Below, piece by piece: positions 5,799 to 17,029 of a stretch of 32,000 nt of DNA (its first letter is position 1; every line of letters begins with the position of its first letter). This stretch comes from an uncultured delta proteobacterium (GTDB taxonomy: Bacteria; Myxococcota_A; Polyangia; Polyangiales; Polyangiaceae): the NCBI GenBank assembly GCA_963811985.1, contig CAWEUH010000037.1, positions 46,686 through 78,685 on the forward strand. Direction: 5' to 3'. Under the pieces are notes generated by a model. It saw only the letters and a list, made by a program, of their open reading frames with translations. It searched no databases and was not told the origin of the DNA. Position numbers and translations under genes: made by a program.

Positions 5799-7643
5799 TC
5801 AGCGAAGCAGCAGCACAGTTCCCAACACGAGTACGACAATCGCCAGCGCCCCGATCACAAGGGTTCCAATGCTCACTTGGATTGTTCCCGATGGACGAAT
5901 CGAGCGCAGCGCCGGATGCGTCTCTTCAGGGATTGACGAAACCGCGTGGGCCAGCACTTCCTCGGGAAAACTCGGAGGTGGATGAGTGATGATGACGCTT
6001 GGGGGTGCGGGTGTGCCTGCTGCAGGCCTGGGCGAAACCGAGTCGCGTTCGGTCGAACGCACCCCTTGCACCGCGGGCCTAGAAGTTGGCGGTTCGTAGT
6101 CTTCGTCGAACAGATCCGCAGGTTCGACTGCCGGCACGATGGGCAGCGGTGCGGGAGTGGGCGGCGGTATTGCCGGGGGTGTCGGTGGCACAGCAGGCCT
6201 TACCTGGGCCACAATCGTCTCGGCTTCGTCAGCGGTTGGCAGCGGCGCGGGCGGCGGCATCGCTGGAGATGGCGGAGGCATGGCGGGCCTTACCTGGGCC
6301 ACAATCGTCTCGGTGTCATCGTCAGCGATTGGAAGCGGCGCGGACGGCGGCATCGCTGGAGATGGCGGAGGCATGGCGGGCCTTACCTGGGCCACAATCG
6401 TCTCGGTGTCTTCTTCAAGATCGATCGGTTGACTAGCGGCGGTTGAGGAAACCGGCATGGTTGCCAGTGCTGGCGCCGGTATTTGGGCGACAGCCGGAGC
6501 TGCCGCGGCAGGCTCTGGTGGCTTCTGGGGGGTTGCGGCGGGTCGTTGCTGAAACAGCGGTTTCGCCAGAAGTGCGGCAGCAGCCGCCGGTCTGGAAATG
6601 TTGAGCGAGGCCGGCGCGGGTTCCGCTTTGTTCGTTGGGCGAGCCGCCGGAGGAGTTGACTGTCTGGCGCGATTCGTTGCTGGTGTCGTCGCCGCAGCGG
6701 TCGGTCTGGGGACACTCGTTGCAGGCGCGGCTGGCGCAATTGCCGGCTTGGCGACAGTCATTGCGGGGGCTGCCGCAGCAACGGCAGATCTTGGAACAGC
6801 GGCTGCGGATACGGCTGGCGGAATTGATGTCCTTGCAACTTTCGCGTGCGGGGTACTTGGCAGAGTTTCGTGTCTGGTGGGGCGCGTAGCGCCGGGTCTA
6901 GGGGCGTCCGCTGGAGGGGTGGGCGCAGCGTCGGCAGGTCTGGCGGCGTCCGTCGCGGCCGTGTTCGCGACCGGACGTGACTGAATTAGCGGCACAGACG
7001 GACGATTCTCCGGCTGGCGCTGCCCCGCGGGCGCAACGGGCGCAGCGGCTCGTGTCTTGGCAGCCGTTTCTACCTTGCCAACCGCCGGGGGAGGGCTGGA
7101 CAAAGCGGCCAACTTTGTCGGCACGACTCGATCTACACCAAATCGGGGAGGCGCGATGACAGGTCGCGGTGCGGGTGCGTGTTCGGCTGCTGGCGAAGCC
7201 GTTGCCGCTTGCGCACGGGGTTTCCGTTCGACTGTCTCGCCACGGCTTGCTAGCGGTGTTGTAGGCGTGCTCGCCGTTGGCGTTGCAGGTGGCGCGGGCT
7301 CGAAGCTGCCTTCCACCGACCGAATTGGCAAAATTGGAACGCTGTAGATTCGCGTCGATTCGTCGTCGGTCTCGGGATGATCAGAAGCCGATGTTTGCGG
7401 CGGATTGCTATCCGCGCTCTCCGCGAACCAAGGTCGCTTGGTTACGCTCGTTTCGTACTGCTCAGGGTGAAGCAGCTCCCAAAGCTCCTCAACTTGCGCA
7501 ACGTGTTGCCAGTATTGTTCGCCGACGCGACAGACAACGGCATCCTCAGGAACCTTGTTCTCCCGAATGCCACGGACAAGAGTGTCCGTCGTCACGGGAC
7601 CCACGGGATTGGTACCCTGACGACCGACCCACCACTCGCTCAC
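5799..7643 (-). CDS. GYF-domain (GYF_2/DUF4339) protein with a long Pro/Ala-rich region and a C-terminal transmembrane anchor
   Basis: The N-terminus is WWVGRQGTNPVGPVTTDTLVRGIRENKVPEDAVVCRVGEQYWQHV. About 480 aa of P/A/T-rich low complexity follow. The last ~25 aa (IGTLVIGALAIVVLVLGTVLLLR) are hydrophobic. GTG 7643 is preceded by GGAGG with a spacer of about 9 nt. Confidence 0.8.
   Translation of the reverse strand: MSEWWVGRQGTNPVGPVTTDTLVRGIRENKVPEDAVVCRVGEQYWQHVAQVEELWELLHPEQYETSVTKRPWFAESADSNPPQTSASDHPETDDESTRIYSVPILPIRSVEGSFEPAPPATPTASTPTTPLASRGETVERKPRAQAATASPAAEHAPAPRPVIAPPRFGVDRVVPTKLAALSSPPPAVGKVETAAKTRAAAPVAPAGQRQPENRPSVPLIQSRPVANTAATDAARPADAAPTPPADAPRPGATRPTRHETLPSTPHAKVARTSIPPAVSAAAVPRSAVAAAAPAMTVAKPAIAPAAPATSVPRPTAAATTPATNRARQSTPPAARPTNKAEPAPASLNISRPAAAAALLAKPLFQQRPAATPQKPPEPAAAAPAVAQIPAPALATMPVSSTAASQPIDLEEDTETIVAQVRPAMPPPSPAMPPSAPLPIADDDTETIVAQVRPAMPPPSPAMPPPAPLPTADEAETIVAQVRPAVPPTPPAIPPPTPAPLPIVPAVEPADLFDEDYEPPTSRPAVQGVRSTERDSVSPRPAAGTPAPPSVIITHPPPSFPEEVLAHAVSSIPEETHPALRSIRPSGTIQVSIGTLVIGALAIVVLVLGTVLLLR
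6139..6410 (-). repeat. In-frame tandem repeat, about 3.3 copies of 90/93 nt, inside the GYF protein gene
   Basis: gccttacctgggccacaatcgtctcgg recurs at 6197, 6287 and 6380. The copies at 6197-6286 and 6287-6379 are nearly identical. The unit encodes (D/E)TETIVAQVRPAMPPPSPAMPP(S/P)APLP. Confidence 0.9.
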
Positions 7644-7749
7644 AGGTACAATCCTCCGACTGAATGGATCAGCACTGACACTGGTACTGTAATACGGGGC
7701 CGCTGGGCGGACGTCAACGATTCTTCTACGGGATGCCCGACCGAGACGT

Positions 7750-8628
7750 CTAGCCTCGGCCAGCCTGATTCAAAGCTTGGTGTATTCCGAGAATCCTTTG
7801 AGCTTCAGAAACGTGCAGTTCCTCAACCAACCGGCCGCCGACAACCGTTACCGCTTCACCGCGCTCCCGGGCCATGAAGTAGGCAGCCACCACGGTCTCC
7901 GCCTCCGCTACCTCGGCTCGGGTGGGCGAGAAAGCCGCGTTGCACGCGTCGATCTGCTTTGGATGAATCAATGTCTTGCCGTCGAAGCCAAGTTCTCGTG
8001 ATTGCGCGCAGGATTGGCGGAAACCGGCCTCATCTTCAAGATCCAGAGACACCCCGTCGAGCAGGGCGACACGGTTGGCCCGCGCTGCCAGAAGGCACAA
8101 CCCAAGCGAGGTTATCAGGGGCAGACGTGTCGCCGTGTGCTGTGCGCGTAAATCCCGCGCTAGATCCGAAGTGCCCATGACTGCCACCGCAAGACGAGAA
8201 TGACTGCGCAGGATGTCATTGGCGGCCAGCACGCCGCGCGGCGTCTCGAGCATGCACCAGAGTTTCGTCCGAGCATTCGGTGAAGCGCTTTCGATTCGTT
8301 TTGCAGTGCGCTGGACGCATTCGGGTGATTCGACTTTGGGCAGCAGGATGCCGTCTGGATTTGCGTCGATCGCCATGCCGAGATCCACTTCGTGCCACGG
8401 CGTGTTCTCGCCGTTGATGCGAATCACAACCTCGCGCCGTCCAAAACCGCCTTCTTTTGCGGCTTCGCTCGCTTGATGTCTTGCCGTTTCTTTCTGGCTA
8501 CTCGCGACCGAGTCCTCTAGGTCGAGAATGATCACATCCGCGGGAAGCCTGCGAGCTTTCTCGATTGCGCGCGCATTGGATGCCGGCATGTAGAGCGCAC
8601 TGCGACGCAAGACTACTTCGTTTGTCAT
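7750..8628 (-). CDS. HpcH/HpaI aldolase / citrate lyase beta subunit (CitE)-like acyl-CoA lyase
   Basis: The 292-aa product has RRSALYMPASN, VIILDLEDSV, LLPKVES, ETPRGV and DGKTLIHPKQI, which are typical of CitE / malyl-CoA-lyase-like enzymes. Confidence 0.8.
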   Translation of the reverse strand: MTNEVVLRRSALYMPASNARAIEKARRLPADVIILDLEDSVASSQKETARHQASEAAKEGGFGRREVVIRINGENTPWHEVDLGMAIDANPDGILLPKVESPECVQRTAKRIESASPNARTKLWCMLETPRGVLAANDILRSHSRLAVAVMGTSDLARDLRAQHTATRLPLITSLGLCLLAARANRVALLDGVSLDLEDEAGFRQSCAQSRELGFDGKTLIHPKQIDACNAAFSPTRAEVAEAETVVAAYFMARERGEAVTVVGGRLVEELHVSEAQRILGIHQALNQAGRG

Positions 8629-8686
8629 TATTTATGGATTGTTCGGCACTTCCAAGGAGAGTTCCTACAATTGACGCCCGACCAAG

Positions 8687-10960
<2,274 letters not shown>

Positions 10961-10977
10961 TGTACGACGCTCCTGGG

Positions 10978-11313
10978 CTAGGGCTCATCCACGGGCTCTG
11001 CCGTACACTTGAGTGGATGCCCGTTAGACCGAGCATACTCCTGTACTAGATCGGCCTTTGATTCCGCAACGTCGCGGACATAGACCCCCGCGACGCCTCG
11101 ACCCTTGTGATGCACCTCCAGCATGATACGAGTGGCTTCCACCTCGGATTTTGCAAAGAATCGCATGAGCACTTCGACCACAAACTCCATGGTCGTGTAG
11201 TCGTCATTGTGAAATATCACGCGATAGCGAGTGGCTCGACGTGGAACCTGCTCATGCTCCACATCCACCTGGGGGGAGGAGTCAACATCGCTACGCTCGT
11301 TCGGACCGACCAT
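10978..11313 (-). CDS. clpS: ATP-dependent Clp protease adaptor ClpS
   Basis: YRVIFHNDDYTTMEFVVEVLMRFF...ATRIMLEVHHKGRGVAGVY is the ClpS core. ATG 11313 was chosen over the longer ORF to 11400. The gene sits 17 nt upstream of clpA. Confidence 0.88.
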   Translation of the reverse strand: MVGPNERSDVDSSPQVDVEHEQVPRRATRYRVIFHNDDYTTMEFVVEVLMRFFAKSEVEATRIMLEVHHKGRGVAGVYVRDVAESKADLVQEYARSNGHPLKCTAEPVDEP

Positions 11314-11651
11314 TTCAGCTACCCATGCAAGTTTGCCATCAGGTCGCGGGCTGTCGAGGGGGGAACAAACAGCACGCGGATGGAGAACTGCCCCCACCAA
11401 TTATTCGGCACAACTCAGACGGGATGCGACTCAGGTTGCTGTCTTCGCGGGCGCCTTCGGCTTTTGAGCCTCGGCGTTTTCTTTGGCGCGGTTGTAGTCC
11501 CACTGTGCGTTTTTCTTGGCGCGTCAACGGCGCTCCCGACGACGGGCACTGGAATCTTGAGGGGTACCCATGACAGGCCCCTCTTAGCGCAACAATTCGA
11601 CCGTGTCTCGCCAAAATTGCCAGGCTCACGATTTGCGGGAGGCTGAAAGCG

Positions 11652-12680
11652 CTAGGAGCTCGGCACTTGCCACACCTGACCACTTTTCAAAAGGGATTCT
11701 AGGCCCCCGCGCGCCCCGCCATTTGCCTGTTGATCCAGGTTGTGCAACTGGTCTTCGTACGTGGGCAGAAGATTCGCGTACAGGACTCCCAGAGGCACTG
11801 GAAAGTCAGGGTAGGCGAGGGAAGCCAGCAATTGGGCCAAGATTGGACTGGATTCGTCATGGATCAACAAGCTTTTGGAAGCGCCGTTTGCCCCCAAGTT
11901 CTCCAGCTTGACAAGCCTTAGCGTGTTGGTGTCGAGCGTCAGCCCCTTGTCGTGCGCGTTACCGTATATCAACGGCTTGCCGTTTTCGAGTCGAAGTTGA
12001 TTGGTAGCTGCTGTGGATTTGCTCGTGATGCCCTCAAAAGCCGCGTCATTGAAAACGTGGCAGTTCTGCAATATTTCGATCAATGCAGTGCCGCGATGGT
12101 GGGCTGCTCGCCGCAGAACATCCACCAGGTGTGTTCCCGCCGTATCGTACGAACGAGCGACGAAGGTGGCGCCGCACCCGAGCGCAAATCGCACTGGATC
12201 GACGGGGCGATCGGCAGACCCAAAGGGCGAGCTGTGCGTGAGCTTTCCCAGCTCGCTTGTGGGCGAATACTGGCCCTTCGTCAAGCCGTAGATCCGGTTA
12301 TTGAACAGCAGGATCTTTACGTCGAGGTTCCGCCGAAAGCAATGCATCAAGTGATTGCCGCCAATGCTTAGTCCGTCGCCGTCGCCGGTCGCGATCCACA
12401 CGGAAAGTCTAGGGTTTGCCGCTTTGATTCCCAGGGCAACGGCGGGTGCGCGCCCGTGGATCGAATGGAAACCGTAGGTGTCCACGTAGTAGGGGAATCG
12501 ACTGCTACAACCGATGCCGCTGACCCATACGAAGTTCTCCTTGGCGATGCCAAGTTCGGGAAGCACTTTCAGTACGCCGGACAATATGCCGTAATCGCCG
12601 CAGCCCGGGCACCATCGCACGTCGTCACTCGACGCGAAGTCTCGTTGAGTAAGGCGCGCGGCTTCGATGACAGTGGTCAT
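11652..12680 (-). CDS. korB: 2-oxoglutarate/2-oxoacid:ferredoxin oxidoreductase, beta (TPP-binding) subunit
   Basis: The product has WCPGCGDYG, GIGCSSR and the TPP motif ATGDGDGLSIGGNH. Its ATG overlaps the korA stop as ATGA. Confidence 0.88.
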   Translation of the reverse strand: MTTVIEAARLTQRDFASSDDVRWCPGCGDYGILSGVLKVLPELGIAKENFVWVSGIGCSSRFPYYVDTYGFHSIHGRAPAVALGIKAANPRLSVWIATGDGDGLSIGGNHLMHCFRRNLDVKILLFNNRIYGLTKGQYSPTSELGKLTHSSPFGSADRPVDPVRFALGCGATFVARSYDTAGTHLVDVLRRAAHHRGTALIEILQNCHVFNDAAFEGITSKSTAATNQLRLENGKPLIYGNAHDKGLTLDTNTLRLVKLENLGANGASKSLLIHDESSPILAQLLASLAYPDFPVPLGVLYANLLPTYEDQLHNLDQQANGGARGGLESLLKSGQVWQVPSS

Positions 12681-14555
12681 GAGCCACCATCCAGCTCTGC
12701 AAAAATGCGTTGCGTCAACTCATCGGTCCGGAATGGTTTGCCCTGAATCTTGGCGAATGATTGGATATCAAGGAGAAAGTGAGCGCGTAGCAATTGCGCA
12801 AGTTGTCCTCCGTTCAGCTCGGCTACGAGGATCTTTTCGAAGCGCAACATGAGCTGTCCGAGACCCCGAGGAAAGGGGCACAGCGAACGCAATTGCAACT
12901 GGCTGACTGAGGCGCCTTTGGCAATTGCGTACTCAACGGCCTCACGAATCGAGCCGTACGTTGAGCCCCAGCCGATTACCAACACTCTGCCCTGAGTCGC
13001 ACCGACATCAACACGGCTCTCTGGAAGGTCTTCAGTGATTCGTGCCACCTTCTCCGCGCGAGTGCGCACCATGCGCTCGTGATTCAAAGGATCCGTGGAG
13101 ATTTGTCCAGATTCGTAATCCTTTTCGAGGCCGCCTACTCTGTGTTCGTAGCCAGGGGTCCCGGCGGCAGCCCAAGGGCGTGCCAATGTGACGTCGTCGC
13201 GGCGCATCGGCGAAAACTGCTCACGGGGCGGCAGTGGGGGCCCTTCGAGTCTTGCCAGTTCATCAACGTTCGGGATCAGCCATGGTTCGGCTCCATGGGC
13301 CAGATAGGCGTCGCTCAATACGATGACCGGCGTCATGTGGCGAATTGCAATCCTCACGGCATCGTACGCCGCCTGAAAACACTCGGATGGAGTGGCGGGT
13401 GCAAGGACGCAGACGGGCGCTTCGCCATTTCTGCCGTGTACTGCAAGGAACAGGTCGGATTGTTCAGGTTTGGTTGGCATTCCCGTGCTTGGGCCTGCGC
13501 GTTGCACATCCACGATGATCATCGGCAACTCAGTCGCTACCGCCAGGCCAATTGCTTCGGTTTTGAGAGCCATGCCGGGCCCGCTCGTGCAGCAGGCGCC
13601 CACGGCTCCTGCATAGGCGGCTCCAACCGCCAAACAGGCAGCGGCAATCTCGTCCTCGGCTTGAATTGCGGTCACTCCCAAATGGCGATGCTTGCTCAGT
13701 TCTTGCAGGATCCCACTTGCTGGCGTGATTGGATAGGCGCCGAGCACTAAATGCCGATTCGGCACAAATCGAGCCCGCGATCAGCCCGTATGCCAGTGCC
13801 GTATTCCCGTCGATGTTTCGATACAGTCCTGGCGCTCTGGGTGCCGCGACAATGCGATAACGCTGATGGAAGAGCTCGCTAGAGCTTGCATAGGCATAGC
13901 CCGCTTTCAAGGCGATTGAGTTGGCTTCGACATACTCTGGCCGCTTCTTGAATTGCTCGGCAATGAAGCTCAGCGTGGAGTCAACAGAACGCCCGTAGAC
14001 TGAAAGGATGAGCCCGAGTGTCCAAAAGTTCTTGCAGCGACCCGCTTCTTTCGTAGACAAGCCGACGGCCATGACCGACTTACGAGTCAATGTTGAGATA
14101 TCGATTGCGACGACCTGATAGCCCGACAGGCTCCCATCCTCTAGCGGATTGGTTGTGTAGCCCGCCTTCTTCAGTTGGGCGGGTCCGAGCGCGCCCGTGT
14201 CGACAACGAGCAGTCCGCCGGTTTTGAGATCGGGGAGGTTGGTCTGCAGCGCGGCCGCATTGAGGGCCACGAGCACATCCAACGAGTCCCCCGGAGTAAA
14301 CACGTCTTTCGAAGCAAACTGGAGTTGAAAGCCCGACACACCGTACAGCGTGCCTGCAGGTGCACGAATCTCCGACGGAAAATCGGGCAACGTCGCGACG
14401 TCATTGCCCGCGAGCACAACCGCATTCGTGAACCGCTGCCCGGTTAGCTGGACGCCATCGCCAGAATCCCCTGCAAAACGAATTACCGCACCGTTCGCTG
14501 CAATTTCCGGCTTATTGTCGTGTGGTTCTGACTCACTTTGAACTTGGGCGCTCAA
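12677..14555 (-). pseudogene. korA: 2-oxoglutarate/2-oxoacid:ferredoxin oxidoreductase, alpha subunit, interrupted by a +1 frameshift near 13754 as assembled
   Basis: The N-terminal half (IRFAGDSGDGVQLTG...GNTALAYGLIAGS) is in one frame (14555 to about 13755). The C-terminal half (LVLGAYPITPASGILQELSKH...AEDEIAA...TSGPG...QRAGPSTGMPTK) is in the next frame. Removing one nt at about 13754-13755 gives GLIAGSICAESHLVLGAYPITPAS. That matches, in length, the equivalent mycobacterial KorA segment as I recall it. Confidence 0.88.
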
Positions 14556-14824
14556 GAAATCCGATGCTCCTTGTTGGATCGCCTACTCGCGAAGTGCGAG
14601 CGCGACTGTTTCGAAGCTCAGGTACCAAATCCCGCAGACTGACAGCCAAAACTCAGCCGCATCACACGGGCACCCGTTACGATTGGGCAAGTCTAGCTAT
14701 TTCGCAAGCCTGTTGCGGGGTCGAATGGCAACAGCAATCACAGACACGAGTGTAGCTCACGGCCCACGATCGGATGCGTCCTCTCAGTCCCTGCCTGCAG
14801 AGTGCTGCGAAGTTGCGGGCGCCG

Positions 14825-15271
14825 TCACTCGGCAGGCGCATACTTATCCAACAACTTCGCAAGCCGAGGCACAGCCGCCTCCACGTGCTTTTGCGCCGCT
14901 GGTCGGAGCTTGTCATATGACTTTCGCACAACGCCACTCTCAGCCTTTTGGGCGCGTTGGTCGGTAATGGCAAGCATGGCGTTGGCCAACTTGGCCGGGT
15001 TCTGCAGAATGAGACTCCCTGGCTTGACTTTTTTCTCTTCGGCTTCCTGCGCAAACGGACTCAGCGCATCGAGGAATTCATCCAGTAGGTGGTCTATTGC
15101 CTGGCGAATGAAGCCGGGCTTGATGCCCTTGACCACGGCGTAGGCGGCCTTCACCGCAATTCCAGCCAAACCGGACTTGTCCGCGACCTCTTCGTCGAGC
15201 ACGCGGCAAGCATCGTCAATGACCTGTTGTCGTTTTTCGCCGGATCCGAAACGTTCCCTGAGTATGGTCAA
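14825..15271 (-). CDS. Conserved hypothetical protein (148 aa, helical, Lys/Ala-rich)
   Basis: This is a clean ORF with a TTG start preceded by AGGTGA. Its composition is protein-like and no competing gene overlaps it. I recognise no named family with confidence. Confidence 0.55.
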   Translation of the reverse strand: MTILRERFGSGEKRQQVIDDACRVLDEEVADKSGLAGIAVKAAYAVVKGIKPGFIRQAIDHLLDEFLDALSPFAQEAEEKKVKPGSLILQNPAKLANAMLAITDQRAQKAESGVVRKSYDKLRPAAQKHVEAAVPRLAKLLDKYAPAE

Positions 15272-15531
15272 GCTTCACCTGCCTGGAACCTGCCTATGGC
15301 AGACCTTGGATTTCGGTGCACACGGTTATCACCGGAATCCATGCTGTCAACTCACGGGCTCATACGGTCCGCCTACGCCGGCAGAGCAATCTGGCCCCTG
15401 GGGTCTCAGGCGGTCGGCCGGAGGCCTAATCAGAATCCGTTCTTGGACGATTTGGTTATCGTATCCCTGGACCATCGAAGTTGAAGTAAGAGTGCTTCCA
15501 GACGAAGCAGACTCTATCAGGTTCCGGACCC

Positions 15532-17001
15532 ATGCCAGCCAAAGAGACCTCAGCGCGCGGTGAAGAAAAAAGCGTCGCTAGCGACTCGGAACGCAAACCA
15601 TTGATTGGCGACAAAGTTGCCGAGCGCGCTAAACCTTGGTCGGACATCATGGGTAAAGTGCTCGTCATCGACGATCAACGCAACATGCGAACGACGCTCG
15701 CCATGATGTTGCGCAGCAATGGTTTCGAGGTTGACGAAGCAGCAAACGGAGAAATCGGCAAGGAGCTTGGAGCGGCCGGTGCGTACGACGTTGTGATTAC
15801 TGATCTTCGCATGGGCGACATTGATGAAATCGAGGTGCTCCGATTCATCAAGGCCGCGCAGGCAATGACTGAGGTTATTGTGATGACCGCGTACGGCACC
15901 ATAGAGAGTGCCGTCGAAGCCATGCGCCTCGGTGCGTACGACTATATTCAGAAGCCTTTCGCCGAAGAGGAATTGGTTGTCAAGGTTGCCAAGGCGGTTG
16001 AAAGCCGCAAGCTTCACGGCCAAGTTCAGCTCTTCGCTCAGGAATTCAAAGAGAAGTACCACTTCGGCAACATCATTGGTCGCTCGCATGCAATTCGCGA
16101 TGTCCTGGCTCGGGTGGTCAAGATTGCGCCGACGGAAGCCATCGTTCTGATTACTGGAGAGAGCGGCACGGGAAAGGAACTGATCGCTCGCGCCGTGCAC
16201 GCAAACAGCAAGCGCTCGGAGCGGCCTTTTGTGACTGTCAACTGCGCGGCCATTACCGAGACGCTGCTCGAAAGTGAACTCTTCGGCCACGCGCGCGGGG
16301 CATTTACAGGCGCCGTTTCGGCGCGCAAGGGGCTGTTCGAAGAGGCAGACGGCGGCACGTTCTTCTTCGACGAAATCGCTGAAACGACGGTGAGTTTCCA
16401 AGCCAAATTGCTGCGCGCGATTCAGGAGCGGGAGATTCGCCGCATCGGTGAGAACCGCCCCATTAGTGTCGATATTCGCGTGATAGCGGCCACCAATGTC
16501 GACTTGGGCCAGGCGGTGGAGGAGCGGCGCTTCCGGCAGGATCTCTTCTACCGACTGAATGTGGCGCGCTTTCATCTGCCCCCCATGCGCGACCGGCGGG
16601 AAGATGTTCCGCTGCTTGCGGAGTTCTTCCTAGAGAAATACAACCGAAAGATGAATACCCGTACCGCGTTCGGCGACGGCGTCATCGATCTGTTAATGAC
16701 CTACGACTACCCTGGTAACGTGCGTGAGCTCGAGAACATGGTCGAGCAGGCGGTTGCGCTCTCCTCCGGCGGCGTGGTGACGAATGACGATGTTCTTCCG
16801 CAAACACCCAAACGCTCGCCGCGCGCTATGGGCAAGACGTTGGCCGATATTGTGGACGATGCGGAACGAGAGGCCGTCGAATCTGCGCTGCGCGTGAGTG
16901 ATGGAAACCGTGAGCGAGCCGCGGAGACCTTGAACATAAGCCCGACAACGCTGTGGCGGAAGATGACGCGCCTCGGCATCACCTACGACACGAAGGGCTG
17001 A
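15532..17001 (+). CDS. Sigma-54-dependent response regulator (NtrC family: REC + AAA+ + Fis-type HTH)
   Basis: The receiver has DD, the phospho-acceptor D (VVITDLRM), T and K. The AAA+ module has GESGTGKE, GAFTGA and DEI. The C-terminal HTH is AAETLNISPTTLWRKM. ATG 15649 (MGKVLVIDD) is an alternative start. Confidence 0.9.
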   Translation: MPAKETSARGEEKSVASDSERKPLIGDKVAERAKPWSDIMGKVLVIDDQRNMRTTLAMMLRSNGFEVDEAANGEIGKELGAAGAYDVVITDLRMGDIDEIEVLRFIKAAQAMTEVIVMTAYGTIESAVEAMRLGAYDYIQKPFAEEELVVKVAKAVESRKLHGQVQLFAQEFKEKYHFGNIIGRSHAIRDVLARVVKIAPTEAIVLITGESGTGKELIARAVHANSKRSERPFVTVNCAAITETLLESELFGHARGAFTGAVSARKGLFEEADGGTFFFDEIAETTVSFQAKLLRAIQEREIRRIGENRPISVDIRVIAATNVDLGQAVEERRFRQDLFYRLNVARFHLPPMRDRREDVPLLAEFFLEKYNRKMNTRTAFGDGVIDLLMTYDYPGNVRELENMVEQAVALSSGGVVTNDDVLPQTPKRSPRAMGKTLADIVDDAEREAVESALRVSDGNRERAAETLNISPTTLWRKMTRLGITYDTKG

Positions 17002-17029
17002 GCCGTCCTGCCCGTCCGGTGAGGGTTTC

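Noticed and set aside
6139-6410. Tandem repeats here and at 26230-26500 considered as a CRISPR array or minisatellite
   Set aside because: The units are contiguous with no unique spacers. They are multiples of 3 nt and lie in frame inside long ORFs that encode Pro-rich peptide repeats.
7647-7692. A possible further phased-hexamer tract (cactga cactgg tactgt) between the CitE-like stop and the GYF gene start
   Set aside because: Only three hexamers are in phase. The other CNG triplets fall off the 6-nt lattice, and there are no GANTC sites or shared 9-12-mers with the other tracts.
11524-11526. The in-frame TGA of the small ORF read as selenocysteine
   Set aside because: No SECIS-like hairpin follows the TGA, only a direct repeat. 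Nothing in the window relates to Sec incorporation. A point change, a short leader peptide or a chance ORF are simpler explanations.
13079-13750. 223-aa ORF on the + strand
   Set aside because: It is antisense to korA and has no motifs.
15297-15313. A sigma-54 promoter-like TGGCAG in the divergent region upstream of the sigma-54 activator gene
   Set aside because: The -12 element is absent at the required spacing. The sequence is TGGCAG-ACCTT-GGATT rather than TGGCAC-N5-TTGCW.
15550-16575. 341-aa ORF on the - strand
   Set aside because: It is antisense to the sigma-54 activator gene, which carries GAFTGA and Walker motifs. It is a shadow ORF.
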